Below, piece after piece: positions 35,449 to 45,396 of a stretch of 64,000 nt of DNA. The notes beneath the pieces were generated by a model. That model did not search any database and was not told the DNA's origin. It worked only from the letters and a program-made list of their open reading frames with translations. The stretch comes from a candidate division WOR-3 bacterium (GTDB lineage Bacteria; Hydrothermota; UBA3072): contig JAFGHJ010000006.1 of assembly GCA_016930175.1 (NCBI GenBank), positions 1,160-65,159 of the forward strand, in the 5' to 3' direction. Each line of letters begins with the position of its first letter. The first letter of the stretch is position 1. Position numbers and translations under genes: made by a program.

Positions 35449-37016
35449 AGGGACGTTTAAAATTTGTCTTTTTATGGCATTGGCAAAAGAGACTGACCAG
35501 AGAAAAAAATGCAGTATTTGCAGTTCCGGATTCACTGATAAATGCTATAGGAAAACTTTCTTCGGAGTATTCTGTAAAAATCGTCGCTTTATCAAAAAAA
35601 AGAAATTATAATGTATATTCACCAGAACAAAATATAGATTACGTTTTTAGGGTATCACTGAAGAGGATAATTACCGCAACTACCCAAATCGACCCCGATT
35701 TTCTATTAATAAGTCACCATCCATATCCATATGAAGAATTACAAAAAAACCTAGATTCCCTAAGAGCGAAAAAATTTATATATTATAGTGCACCCATAAA
35801 GGAACTTAATGAATACCACAGAAAAATGGACTGCCATATCGTGCATCATGAATATCAAAAAGAAATCCTGAAAAAGAAAGGATTTAATCCTGAAAAGATA
35901 TTTATCGTTCCTAAAACTGCAGACATGAAAACATTCAAGCCATTGGCGGTCGGGAAAGAGTGGGATTGTATTTATCCCATGAGAGGAACTATCGGTTACT
36001 GGAAACGACCGGAACTTGCAATTAAGGCATGTAAAATCAACAATATGTCGATTATAATGCCTGGAGCCAAGATACCCTCAGAATACCATTGGGTAACAAC
36101 ACTGAATGAATGGAAAACTCCAGAGGAATTATCGGTCCTCTATAATCAATCGAAATGTTTAGTTATAACATCAAATGAATCAGAGATGGGGCCTAGGGTC
36201 ATTCCTGAGGCAGCTGCGTGTAATATTCCTATTGTATGTTGCAGTGATAGCCCGGCATGTGTTTCCCATGTCAAGAAAATTGGCGGGTTCATCGCAGAAC
36301 CAGATCCGGAAGACATTGCCGAGAAAATAAAACTTGCTATACAAGAAAAAGTCAATACCCGGCAGAGACTCATAGAACTGGGCTTCGACTATGACCTTAT
36401 TTACAGAGCATTATCCGGTATAATAAAAAACCTTGTAGAAACTATAGTAGGATCGAAAAAAAATCTGAGACAACATTGGGAGGAGAAATACAAAACGAAT
36501 CTCGAAAAATGGAAAAAGGATTGGAGACTAATTCTATATGAATGGGTACTTGAAGACATAATGGATGATAAATGTTCAATTATTGACATCGGTTCCGGTC
36601 CGGGATATGGGTTAGAAAGAATCAAAAAAATTCGACCTAACGTAGAGGTATGTGGAGTAGATTTCTCCACAGAAGCAGCGAAAAAATCTGTAGTCCCGTT
36701 TGTTCAAAAAGACATCATAAAAGACAGCTTATCTTCACTAAGCGCAGATTATGTACTATGCATAGAGACTTTGGAACATTTTAAGAATCCATATTACGTA
36801 TTGGATAAAATCATACCGATTGCAAAGAAGAAGGTTATATTAACCGTTCCTTATAAAGAGAATATTTCTAATCATACAGAACATGCGTCGGTATTCAGCA
36901 AAAAATCATTCAGAGAATATAATATCGAAAATATTAAGATTGAAAGGAGAAGTAAAGGAAAAATAATGAAAGTGGTTATAAATGCCTCTAAAAAAGGTAC
37001 CACTAAATATTATTAA
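35427..37016 (+). CDS. fusion of a GT-B glycosyltransferase-like domain and a class I SAM methyltransferase
   Basis: N-terminal part SNESEMGPRVIPEAAACNIPIVC (EX7E-like). C-terminal part IIDIGSGPGYGL...VLCIETLEHF. Confidence 0.7.
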   Translation: MLGKTNLKGRLKFVFLWHWQKRLTREKNAVFAVPDSLINAIGKLSSEYSVKIVALSKKRNYNVYSPEQNIDYVFRVSLKRIITATTQIDPDFLLISHHPYPYEELQKNLDSLRAKKFIYYSAPIKELNEYHRKMDCHIVHHEYQKEILKKKGFNPEKIFIVPKTADMKTFKPLAVGKEWDCIYPMRGTIGYWKRPELAIKACKINNMSIIMPGAKIPSEYHWVTTLNEWKTPEELSVLYNQSKCLVITSNESEMGPRVIPEAAACNIPIVCCSDSPACVSHVKKIGGFIAEPDPEDIAEKIKLAIQEKVNTRQRLIELGFDYDLIYRALSGIIKNLVETIVGSKKNLRQHWEEKYKTNLEKWKKDWRLILYEWVLEDIMDDKCSIIDIGSGPGYGLERIKKIRPNVEVCGVDFSTEAAKKSVVPFVQKDIIKDSLSSLSADYVLCIETLEHFKNPYYVLDKIIPIAKKKVILTVPYKENISNHTEHASVFSKKSFREYNIENIKIERRSKGKIMKVVINASKKGTTKYY

Positions 37017-37043
37017 ATTTAAGTATATACAGAAGGTTTTTTT

Positions 37044-38126
37044 ATGATAAGAATATTGCATCTCTATGGAAATAAAGTCAATCTGGGAGATTGGGGTTCA
37101 GCTCTTGGGATAAAACAACTATTAAAATCGGTTACCACCGAGAAGATAGAGTACATGGATTGGCATATATCCTACGAGGGCAATAAAATAAAAGAAAATT
37201 TAGTATCAAAAATCAATAAAGAATACGATGCTGTGATAATCGGTGGCGGAGGGTTATTCAAGAAAAGAACTAAATCTTTCGCAAATAATTGGCCATTAGG
37301 GATTCTGATTAACATTTCAAGGAAAAATATGGAACGTATAAAAGTCCCGATTTTTATTTTCTCTGTAGGGCTCAATCAGGATCTTGGGGAAAAAAGAAGA
37401 TTATTCCAGAAGAATTATAATGGGATTTATTTTGATAAGAAGCAAATCGACAATATCAGATTTCTAACGGATGTATCTACTTTGTTTTCTGTAAGAGATG
37501 TTGATACAAGATGCTTTCTGGAAGAAATCGGATGCTCAAAAACAATCCATCTTACACCATGCCCATCAATGTTCTTATGTCGAAACAAAAAGAATGAGCC
37601 GAAAGACAAACATATTAAGCCGTTGGTAGGAATTAACTTACGGGGCAACGCCCCTATCTCGGTAAGAAACAAAATCATAAAGATAGTACCTATGCTACAA
37701 AATAGGGAATTTGATATCATTTTTTTATCACATAATACTCAAAAAGGTGAAAGAGCAAAGGGCTTAGAGGATTCGTTAGGGATAAAAAAGATTATCTCGG
37801 GCACTCCAATGCAATTAATGGATAACTATAGAAAACTGGCTTTCACTATAGGAATGAGATGCCATTCGAATATCTTTTCTTTCGGCGCAATCAAACCTTT
37901 TATATCTCTTTCTTACAACATTAAAAACAATTTCTTTGCAAAGATGGTGGGTATGGAAGATTATTTGCTGCCTACTAATAAAGAATGGATTGTCAATGAA
38001 TTAATGGATGTTTTTTTAGAGATGGTAGAACGTGAAATTGAGATAAAAAATAAGTTTAAAATACTAAAAGATAAATTCTATAGTATGAATAGGGAATTCG
38101 CACAAAAAATCATTCAATTCATATGA
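37044..38126 (+). CDS. polysaccharide pyruvyl transferase family protein
   Basis: N-terminal GNKVNLGDWGSALG and IIGGGGLF glycine run, with GMRCHSNIF later. The pattern is recalled from CsaB/WcaK-type enzymes. Confidence 0.6.
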   Translation: MIRILHLYGNKVNLGDWGSALGIKQLLKSVTTEKIEYMDWHISYEGNKIKENLVSKINKEYDAVIIGGGGLFKKRTKSFANNWPLGILINISRKNMERIKVPIFIFSVGLNQDLGEKRRLFQKNYNGIYFDKKQIDNIRFLTDVSTLFSVRDVDTRCFLEEIGCSKTIHLTPCPSMFLCRNKKNEPKDKHIKPLVGINLRGNAPISVRNKIIKIVPMLQNREFDIIFLSHNTQKGERAKGLEDSLGIKKIISGTPMQLMDNYRKLAFTIGMRCHSNIFSFGAIKPFISLSYNIKNNFFAKMVGMEDYLLPTNKEWIVNELMDVFLEMVEREIEIKNKFKILKDKFYSMNREFAQKIIQFI

Positions 38127-38142
38127 TAGATAAGAGTATCGA

Positions 38143-39219
38143 ATGAAAAATATGCTTAGATTTTTACGGAACGAAAAACTATCTAAGAGATTGAGCAGAA
38201 TATACTATGTCGTGGAAAACGCAAATTGGTCTGTTAGATGGGACGGAATATATATAACCACAAATATCGAAAATTTGTTTGGCGTTAAATCAAGAATAGT
38301 AACGGATTTCACTGGCATAAGAAATCAAATTCTTCATTATGGTTCAAGAGGTCTATATGTTCCGCACAAATGGAAAAAATTTGATAAATCTAATAAAGTT
38401 ATTTTTACATGGTTCCATGGAAATAAGGGAGATCCTAATCCACAAAATCTTGCCATGATAGAGGATCTTCCCAATGCAGCAAATATTTGTGAGTTCATTC
38501 ACACTACTAATAATAAAACCAGAGAAAGGTTAATTGAATGGGGAATACCAAGAGAGAAGATTATAGTAATACCTCTGGGCGTTGATTTAAACCTATTTAA
38601 ACCCGTGAATCAAAACATAAAAGAAAAAATACGAAAGGAAATAGGAATACCTGAAGGAAGTTTGTGTATCGGTTCTTTTCAAAAGGACGGCGTTGGATGG
38701 GGAGCAGGCGATGAGCCAAAACTGGTAAAAGGCCCGGGTGTTTTTTGTGATGCAGTAATTGAGCTGGCAAAAATGTACCCTCTTTATGTTTTATTAATAG
38801 GCCCGGCACGTGGCTATGTCAAAAAAAGGCTGGCAGAAGCAAAGATTCCTTTTTATCATAAATATATAAAAACATTCACGGATATTCCAAAATACTATCA
38901 TGCCCTGGATATCTACCTTGTCACGTCCAGAGATGAGGGGGGGCCAAAAGCCATTTTGGAAAGTATGGCGTCCGGTATTCCGATAGTGACGACAGATGTA
39001 GGGATGGCCAGAGATGTAGTTAATCACGGGAAAAATGGATTCATTGCTGAAATTGAAAACGTAGATGAGATTGTTAAATTTACATCAAAGGTATTAAATG
39101 ACCAGGAAAAACCCTCCGGCATAATTTCAAATGCTTTGGAAACAGTTAAAATTTATAGTTGGAAGAACATTGCAAGATTATATCACGAAAAGATGTACTC
39201 AAAACTACTGAGTAAGTAA
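38143..39219 (+). CDS. family 4 glycosyltransferase
   Basis: VTSRDEGGPKAILESMASGIPIVTTDVG (EX7E) motif. Confidence 0.8.
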   Translation: MKNMLRFLRNEKLSKRLSRIYYVVENANWSVRWDGIYITTNIENLFGVKSRIVTDFTGIRNQILHYGSRGLYVPHKWKKFDKSNKVIFTWFHGNKGDPNPQNLAMIEDLPNAANICEFIHTTNNKTRERLIEWGIPREKIIVIPLGVDLNLFKPVNQNIKEKIRKEIGIPEGSLCIGSFQKDGVGWGAGDEPKLVKGPGVFCDAVIELAKMYPLYVLLIGPARGYVKKRLAEAKIPFYHKYIKTFTDIPKYYHALDIYLVTSRDEGGPKAILESMASGIPIVTTDVGMARDVVNHGKNGFIAEIENVDEIVKFTSKVLNDQEKPSGIISNALETVKIYSWKNIARLYHEKMYSKLLSK

Positions 39220-39356
39220 AAACATATGAGAAAAGAACATGAAAGGTGATATGTGTCGGCTAAGGGACATCAGAGAAGGAGTATATTCATTCATTCGGAA
39301 AATGAATTCAAGAAAGGATTTCTCTTATTTCAAATATTCCTATAGGGATTAATTAA

Positions 39357-40154
39357 TTGCGAAGATATTACGACAAAACATATAAACGTCTGGTTCTTAT
39401 TGATAAAAAAGCATCACCTGCTTTTTGGGATGCTCATTGGAGTGTAGATGATTTCAAGCCGAAAGTAATAGGTTGCAAAAACAATAAATTTATTTTAAAT
39501 AATACGCATAATTTTCTGAGAAAGGGGAAAATTATTGAAGGAGGCTGTGGGATGGGAGGAGTTGTATACTGTTTACATTACAACGGGTATAATGCTTTTG
39601 GTGTCGATTCCGCAGAAGAAACCGTGAAGAAAATAAACGAATATTTCCCTGAATTAAATGTTTTCTACGGAGACGTCCGAAATCTAATGTTCAAAGATAA
39701 TTTTTTTGACGGGTACTGGTCTCTCGGTGTAATAGAACATTTTTTTGAAGGTTACGATTCTATTATTAAGGAGGTGTATCGCGTTTTAAAAAAAGGTGGC
39801 TTTCTTTTCGTAACTTATCCTTATATGTCTCCCTTGCGAAAACTAAAGGCAAAGTTAAAATTTTATAGAAATTTTGAAAAAAATATTAAAATTAATGACT
39901 TCTATCAATTTGTACTTGACCCATCCTACGCAAAAAAGGATTTCGAAAAATATGGGTTTAAATTAATGTATTTTAAGCCATTCGGGGGCTTAAAAGGATT
40001 TAAAGACGAAATCGGTCTTATAAAACCAATGTTCCAAAAGCTATATGATTATAAAGGGAAAAACAGATATGTTAAAAAATTTAAAAGACAACTTATACGA
40101 GTACTGAATAAATTTTCGTCGCATATGATTCTAATGATATTCAGAAAGATTTGA
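39357..40154 (+). CDS. class I SAM-dependent methyltransferase
   Basis: IIEGGCGMGG (motif I), FGVDSAE and WSLGVIEHF. TTG start with weak SD. Confidence 0.7.
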   Translation: MRRYYDKTYKRLVLIDKKASPAFWDAHWSVDDFKPKVIGCKNNKFILNNTHNFLRKGKIIEGGCGMGGVVYCLHYNGYNAFGVDSAEETVKKINEYFPELNVFYGDVRNLMFKDNFFDGYWSLGVIEHFFEGYDSIIKEVYRVLKKGGFLFVTYPYMSPLRKLKAKLKFYRNFEKNIKINDFYQFVLDPSYAKKDFEKYGFKLMYFKPFGGLKGFKDEIGLIKPMFQKLYDYKGKNRYVKKFKRQLIRVLNKFSSHMILMIFRKI

Positions 40155-40157
40155 AAA

Positions 40158-41300
40158 ATGAAAAAGAACAACAAAGATAATACGAGCTTAACCTTATTTT
40201 TTACAAAAAAGACAAGTCTGGGAACCTGGGCGCAGGTGGGAAACCTCGACAGAGAAATCGAAATCTATAAAAGATTATCCGATCATTTAAAGAAAGTTAA
40301 CTTTGTTACCTATGGGAATAAACAAGATAGAATATATTCTGACAAAATTGGAGCTATAAAGCTTTTATCAATAAGATGGCACAAAACACAACTACTCACT
40401 ATTCTTCATTTATTAGTAAAACACTATCCTGAAATTAAAGATACAGATATATTGAAAACCAACCAGATCAGTGGTTCTGAAATTCCTATCTGGATTAAAA
40501 AACATTTTGGAAAAAAGCTGATTGTGAGATGCGGTTATTTGCATAGTTATTGTACAAAAAAAAGAACAAAAGACAAGAAAAAAATCAAAGAAGCAGTCCA
40601 GTTAGAACAAAAAGCATTTTCTAACGCAGATTTAGGAATTGTTACAGCCAAATGGCAAAAAGATATTGTTGTTAAGGATTACAACATAAATCCGAAAAAA
40701 ATAAAAATTATCCCAAATTACGTCGTAACCGACATTTTTAAACCGTATCCGGATTTCGAAAAGGAATTTGATTTAATCTATATAGGTCGTTCTAAAGAAA
40801 ACAAAAATCTGGGAAACCTCTTTAGCGCCCTTAATTTATTAAAAAGAAATGATAAAAAACTATCTTTACTTTTAATAGGTGATAGCTATAGAGATAAAAA
40901 GTTAAGAGAAACTGCTCTTCAGTATAATCTCAATGTTACCTTTAGAGACAATGTTCCAAATCTTAAATTACCTTTGTTTCTTAACAAATCCAGAGTCTTC
41001 ATTCTTCCTTCCCTCTATGAAGGTCATCCAAAATCGCTCATTGAAGCTATGGGTTGCGGATTGCCTTGTATTGGGTGTAATGTTACTGGAGTCAATGAAG
41101 TTATTGATCACATGGAAACCGGATATTTGTGCAATACTGATCATGAGAGCATTGCGGAAGCTATTGATGCTGTGCTGGGTGATAGAACTCTTTGCCGGTA
41201 TATTGGAGAAAATGCCAGGAGTTTTGTCTTGAACAATTATTCTTTGGATAAGATCTTTAAAATGGAAATGGAAGCTATAAGAGAAGTTATTAAAAAATGA
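40158..41300 (+). CDS. family 4 glycosyltransferase
   Basis: FILPSLYEGHPKSLIEAMGCGLPCIGCNVTG (EX7E) motif. Confidence 0.85.
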   Translation: MKKNNKDNTSLTLFFTKKTSLGTWAQVGNLDREIEIYKRLSDHLKKVNFVTYGNKQDRIYSDKIGAIKLLSIRWHKTQLLTILHLLVKHYPEIKDTDILKTNQISGSEIPIWIKKHFGKKLIVRCGYLHSYCTKKRTKDKKKIKEAVQLEQKAFSNADLGIVTAKWQKDIVVKDYNINPKKIKIIPNYVVTDIFKPYPDFEKEFDLIYIGRSKENKNLGNLFSALNLLKRNDKKLSLLLIGDSYRDKKLRETALQYNLNVTFRDNVPNLKLPLFLNKSRVFILPSLYEGHPKSLIEAMGCGLPCIGCNVTGVNEVIDHMETGYLCNTDHESIAEAIDAVLGDRTLCRYIGENARSFVLNNYSLDKIFKMEMEAIREVIKK

Positions 41301-42055
41301 AATCCCGTATATTGAATTTGTTTCTAAGTTTATTTGCTAAGTTTTTGAGGCGTATGACACCTTCTAAAAGTGCCGGAATTCTTATTCATCTGTTTCGAAA
41401 AATAATTTACGAAATTGACCCCAAAGAGGCTTTAAATTTTCTTTTCGAATTTGAAAATAAGCTTTATTCGTTAGAAGGAAAAACCTCGGTAAAATACGGC
41501 GGAGGGCTTCATACAAAACACAAACATATCAAATATCATGACTTTTTTGTAAAAAATATTAAGCCTGATGAAAAAGTTCTTGATATCGGGAGTGGCAATG
41601 GATTTCTTTGCTACGATATAGTTACAAAAGTTAAAGGAGCAAAAGTTACCGGTATTGAACTTAATGAAAAAAATGTTGAGTTTGCAAGAAAACATTACTC
41701 ACATGATAATATCAGGTTTATTAAAGGAGATGCTTTAAAAGAACTTCCAAAAGATAAATTTGATGTGATAACACTATCCAATATTCTTGAACATATTGAA
41801 AAAAGAGTAAAATTTTTAAAGGTTTTACAGCAAAGATTCAAGCCTAAGCGCTTTATTATTCGGGTCCCGGATTTTGAAAGAGATTGGAGGGTCCCGTTAA
41901 AAAAAGAATTGGGGCTGGATTATAGATTAGATAGAACACATTTCATTGAGTATACTCAGGCAAATTTCGCCGAAGAGCTGAATCGTGCAGGTCTTGAGGC
42001 TACTATTTTAGAGTATAGATGGGGTGAGATATGGTGTGTAGCAAAGCATAATTGA
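41297..42055 (+). CDS. class I SAM-dependent methyltransferase
   Basis: VLDIGSGNGF (motif I), GIELNE and ITLSNILEHI. ATGA overlap with the upstream gene. Confidence 0.8.
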   Translation: MKSRILNLFLSLFAKFLRRMTPSKSAGILIHLFRKIIYEIDPKEALNFLFEFENKLYSLEGKTSVKYGGGLHTKHKHIKYHDFFVKNIKPDEKVLDIGSGNGFLCYDIVTKVKGAKVTGIELNEKNVEFARKHYSHDNIRFIKGDALKELPKDKFDVITLSNILEHIEKRVKFLKVLQQRFKPKRFIIRVPDFERDWRVPLKKELGLDYRLDRTHFIEYTQANFAEELNRAGLEATILEYRWGEIWCVAKHN

Positions 42056-42071
42056 AGAAAGGGTAAATTTG

Positions 42072-43013
42072 ATGGGATTATTGTATAAAAAAACAAAACG
42101 GATTATTCCTAATTACAAAAAATATCTTCCCGGGAAATTTGTTACGCTCAAGAAAATACATCCCTACAAGACAATTTTACTATCAGGATCCGGGCGGAGC
42201 GGTACCACTTGGTTAGCTAATATTATAACTGCTTCCCATGGTTTCGGGTATGTCTTTGAACCGTTCGATCATCGCAAGGTAAAAGAAGCGAAGCATCTCC
42301 CTTTGCGTACCTATATGCGACCGGAGGAAAATTATCCTGAAAGAGCAGAATTTGTAAAAAGAGTACTCAGCGGAAAAATCCATAATTCCTGGACAGATAG
42401 GTATAATAAGAATTTTTTTGTATGGAAATATTTGGTCAAATCGATCCGTGCCAATCTGATGCTTGCTTGGATAGACCGCAATTTTCATTGTCCTATTATA
42501 TATATGGTTCGCCATCCCTGTGCTGTTGTTTTATCAAAGATTAAATCGAATTGGGATACACATTTAGAAATCTTTTTAGAACAAAATGAACTTATGCGGG
42601 ATTATTTAAATGGATTTAAAAAAATAATAATAGCCGCAAAAAATCCTCTTCAGAAACATACGGTAATGTGGTGCATCGAGAATTTAATCCCTCTTGATCA
42701 ATTTAAACGGTATAATTGGATAATTTGCACTTACGAGGGATTATGCAATAATAAAGAAAAAGAAGTGGATAGAATTTTTGCCCGCTTAGGTTTGAAGAGA
42801 ACCAAACAGGTTAATAGTGCGATAAATAACTTCTATCAAACTCGAAAGGATAGTGCAGTTAGAGTTGGGAAAAATCCTGTTTGCGATTGGAAAAATCAAT
42901 TGTCGAAAAAAGATGTAGCTGATATTTTGGGCATTGTTGATGATTTTGGAATTAAACTTTATGGCGAAAACCCGATGCCGCGGACGGAGCATCTTCAGAA
43001 ATTTGAGATATAA
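42072..43013 (+). CDS. sulfotransferase family protein
   Basis: LSGSGRSGTTWL matches the PAPS 5'-phosphosulfate-binding loop. VRHPCAVVLS matches the 3'-phosphate-binding R-x7-S motif. Confidence 0.75.
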   Translation: MGLLYKKTKRIIPNYKKYLPGKFVTLKKIHPYKTILLSGSGRSGTTWLANIITASHGFGYVFEPFDHRKVKEAKHLPLRTYMRPEENYPERAEFVKRVLSGKIHNSWTDRYNKNFFVWKYLVKSIRANLMLAWIDRNFHCPIIYMVRHPCAVVLSKIKSNWDTHLEIFLEQNELMRDYLNGFKKIIIAAKNPLQKHTVMWCIENLIPLDQFKRYNWIICTYEGLCNNKEKEVDRIFARLGLKRTKQVNSAINNFYQTRKDSAVRVGKNPVCDWKNQLSKKDVADILGIVDDFGIKLYGENPMPRTEHLQKFEI

Positions 43014-44038
43014 TGCCTAATACAAAAGTTACAGTTTTGATGTCGGTCTACAACGGAGAAAAATATCTCCGTGAGGCAGTTGACAGTATTTTGAATCAGA
43101 CTTATAAAGATTTTGAATTTATAATAATAAATGACGGTTCAACAGACAAAACTCTAAAAATATTAAACAGTTATAATGATCCAAGAATAAAGATTATAAG
43201 CAATAAAAAAAACATCGGATTAACTCGCTCTTTAAATAAGGGCTTAAGTATTGCAAAAGGAGAGTATATAGCACGCCAGGATGCGAATGATATTTCTATG
43301 CCGGAAAGATTGGAAAAACAGGTAGATTTCTTAAAGAGAAACAAAGCTGTAGGGCTTATTGGAACTTACAGTTGTATAATCAACGAAAAAGGTAGAATAT
43401 TATATAAAAGAAAATCCCCTCTCGGGAACGAAGACATATCGAAAAAACTAATTCGTGGAAATGTTTTTGCGCATGGGTCGGTAATGTTCAGAAAATTTCT
43501 GCTTGAGAAAGTTGGCGCGTATCGAGAAGAGTTCAAAACAAGTCAGGACTATGATTTATGGCTTCGCTTTATCGAAATCACAAAAGCTTTTCGTACATCC
43601 GAATTTCTTTATAAATGGCGCCTGCTTCCGGATTCTATATCGGCCACAAAAAGAATGCAGCAAGAAAAATATGCTTCGCTAGCGCTTGATCTTGCGAAAG
43701 AAAGAAAAGACCATGGAAAAGATACTCTACAAAAAGCCAGGGAAACAGGAGAAGAAATAGATTTAAACTTATTATTTAAAGAAAAAAGAATTGCAAAAGA
43801 TCAATGTATTATTAATTCATACGATTTCTGGGCAAAAAGTCTAATTAAAACAAATAATTTTGAGGAGTTTCGCATCTTCTTTTTTCTACTTTTAAAAAAG
43901 AACCCTTTCCGGTTAAAAACCTGGTTTTTGTTAATTTTAGTATTGTTTAAACCTTTTAAAATCACAGGTATTTTCCTCTTTCGGATTACAAAAAAAATAG
44001 TTAAAACTTTTTTAAAGCTTAAGGGGAACAGCAGATAG
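43013..44038 (+). CDS. family 2 glycosyltransferase
   Basis: VTVLMSVYNGEKYL, IIINDGSTD and ARQDANDIS (DXD) motifs, with a C-terminal hydrophobic tail. Confidence 0.9.
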   Translation: MPNTKVTVLMSVYNGEKYLREAVDSILNQTYKDFEFIIINDGSTDKTLKILNSYNDPRIKIISNKKNIGLTRSLNKGLSIAKGEYIARQDANDISMPERLEKQVDFLKRNKAVGLIGTYSCIINEKGRILYKRKSPLGNEDISKKLIRGNVFAHGSVMFRKFLLEKVGAYREEFKTSQDYDLWLRFIEITKAFRTSEFLYKWRLLPDSISATKRMQQEKYASLALDLAKERKDHGKDTLQKARETGEEIDLNLLFKEKRIAKDQCIINSYDFWAKSLIKTNNFEEFRIFFFLLLKKNPFRLKTWFLLILVLFKPFKITGIFLFRITKKIVKTFLKLKGNSR

Positions 44039-44057
44039 AAAACCATTGATAAAAGTA

Positions 44058-44084
44058 CACGATTTCCCCAAATCGTGCTTTTTT
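44058..44084 (+). terminator. intrinsic terminator
   Basis: CACGATTT-CCCC-AAATCGTG perfect 8-bp stem followed by CTTTTTT, 20 nt after the GT2 stop. Confidence 0.7.
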
Positions 44085-44218
44085 AAAAGACCTGCTTTTT
44101 CTCAAAAAAAATCACATCAAAGGCATGGGGAATTCTCAACCAATTGTTAAAGGCAATGCGGTTCTTTTTAAAATTCTTAATGTTTAAAGTTCAGGTAAAT
44201 ACGGAATACTTAATATAC

Positions 44219-44246
44219 TTGACTGTCAGCAAATAAAGGATAAATT
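44219..44246 (+). promoter_or_regulatory. sigma70-type promoter for the distal GT2 gene
   Basis: TTGACT-16 nt-TAAATT. The ATG at 44262 is 15 nt downstream with no SD. Confidence 0.4.
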
Positions 44247-44261
44247 AGTATCTACTGTTAA

Positions 44262-45233
44262 ATGAAGATAAAAATTTCGGTAGTTTTAGCCACATATAAT
44301 AGAGCTAGATTACTAAAGGATTGTCTATCAAGCCTGGTAAATCAAAGCGCAAGTAATAGTCTTTATGAAATCATAGTCGTCGATAACAATTCTAAGGATA
44401 ACACAAAACACGTCATCAATAGTTTTATCAACAGATTTCCGGAGCTCAACATAAATTACATCAAAGAAAAGAGACAGGGGCTCAGTAACGCAAGGAATAC
44501 TGGTTGTAAAAATGCAAGCGGTAAATATCTGGCTTATATAGATGATGATGCCAAAGCTCCCAAAAACTGGATAATTAATATAATAAAAACAACAGATAAA
44601 ATCAAACCAGATATTTTAGGAGGCCCTATATATCCTTATTATTCATGCAAAAAGCCTGCCTGGTTTAAAGATGAATACGAAATACGTAGTCACGGCGAAA
44701 CTGCAAGATTTTTACGAGGCAAAGAACGCTTATCCGGTTCCAACTTCATCATCAAAAAAAATCTTTTAAAAAAATTAGGGATGTTTAATCCAAACCTTGG
44801 TATGACCGGGAATAAATTGCGCTATGGAGAAGAAACAAAATTAATGGTAGATGCGCGTAATATAATTACAAATATCAAGATATATTACAACCCCGAATTA
44901 AAAATAAAACACATGGTTAAAAAGGAAAATTTCCTTTTGTTATATAAGATGAAAAGCAAATTTATAGCAGGGATGCAAAAGATTGATGTTTATGGGAAAC
45001 AAGATTTACCAAAATTCAGGTTTTTGCTTAATATAAATATTGCATTTTTGAAAATTATCTTCCTGCTTATTTTTGGATGTTTTTTTAGAAACAGGGACAA
45101 GTATTATTATTTTGGAAATTTCGTTTATGAAAGGATTTTACCTCAAATTTCCGAACTTGCTAAAAATTTGAGGGGATTTCTAAGAGCAAATAATAGTTTT
45201 TTTAAATACCGTCATGAGGAAAAACTAATTTAA
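44262..45233 (+). CDS. family 2 glycosyltransferase
   Basis: ISVVLATYNR, VVDNNSKDNT and YIDDDA (DXD) motifs. Confidence 0.9.
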   Translation: MKIKISVVLATYNRARLLKDCLSSLVNQSASNSLYEIIVVDNNSKDNTKHVINSFINRFPELNINYIKEKRQGLSNARNTGCKNASGKYLAYIDDDAKAPKNWIINIIKTTDKIKPDILGGPIYPYYSCKKPAWFKDEYEIRSHGETARFLRGKERLSGSNFIIKKNLLKKLGMFNPNLGMTGNKLRYGEETKLMVDARNIITNIKIYYNPELKIKHMVKKENFLLLYKMKSKFIAGMQKIDVYGKQDLPKFRFLLNINIAFLKIIFLLIFGCFFRNRDKYYYFGNFVYERILPQISELAKNLRGFLRANNSFFKYRHEEKLI

Positions 45234-45349
45234 ATCTTTGAGAAAATAAATCAAATGAAAATTGGAACGAAACCAAGCAAAATGTTTTCTCTAGATATCA
45301 CGGCGGAAAAAGCAGCTAGAACTTTGATTTCTTTGTATAAATTGCTTAC

Positions 45350-45378
45350 TTGACACCCTCTTTAGCTTTTTGTATATT
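45350..45378 (+). promoter_or_regulatory. sigma70-type promoter for the oxidoreductase/acetyltransferase/ligase unit
   Basis: TTGACA (45350-45355)-17 nt-TATATT (45373-45378), with TG immediately upstream of the -10. Confidence 0.5.
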
Positions 45379-45396
45379 GGATAAATTGGAGGTTTA

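Noticed and set aside
40933-41232. 99-aa same-strand ORF in an alternative frame of the GT4 gene at 40158-41300
   Set aside because: It overlaps the EX7E catalytic region of the glycosyltransferase and has no independent start signal.
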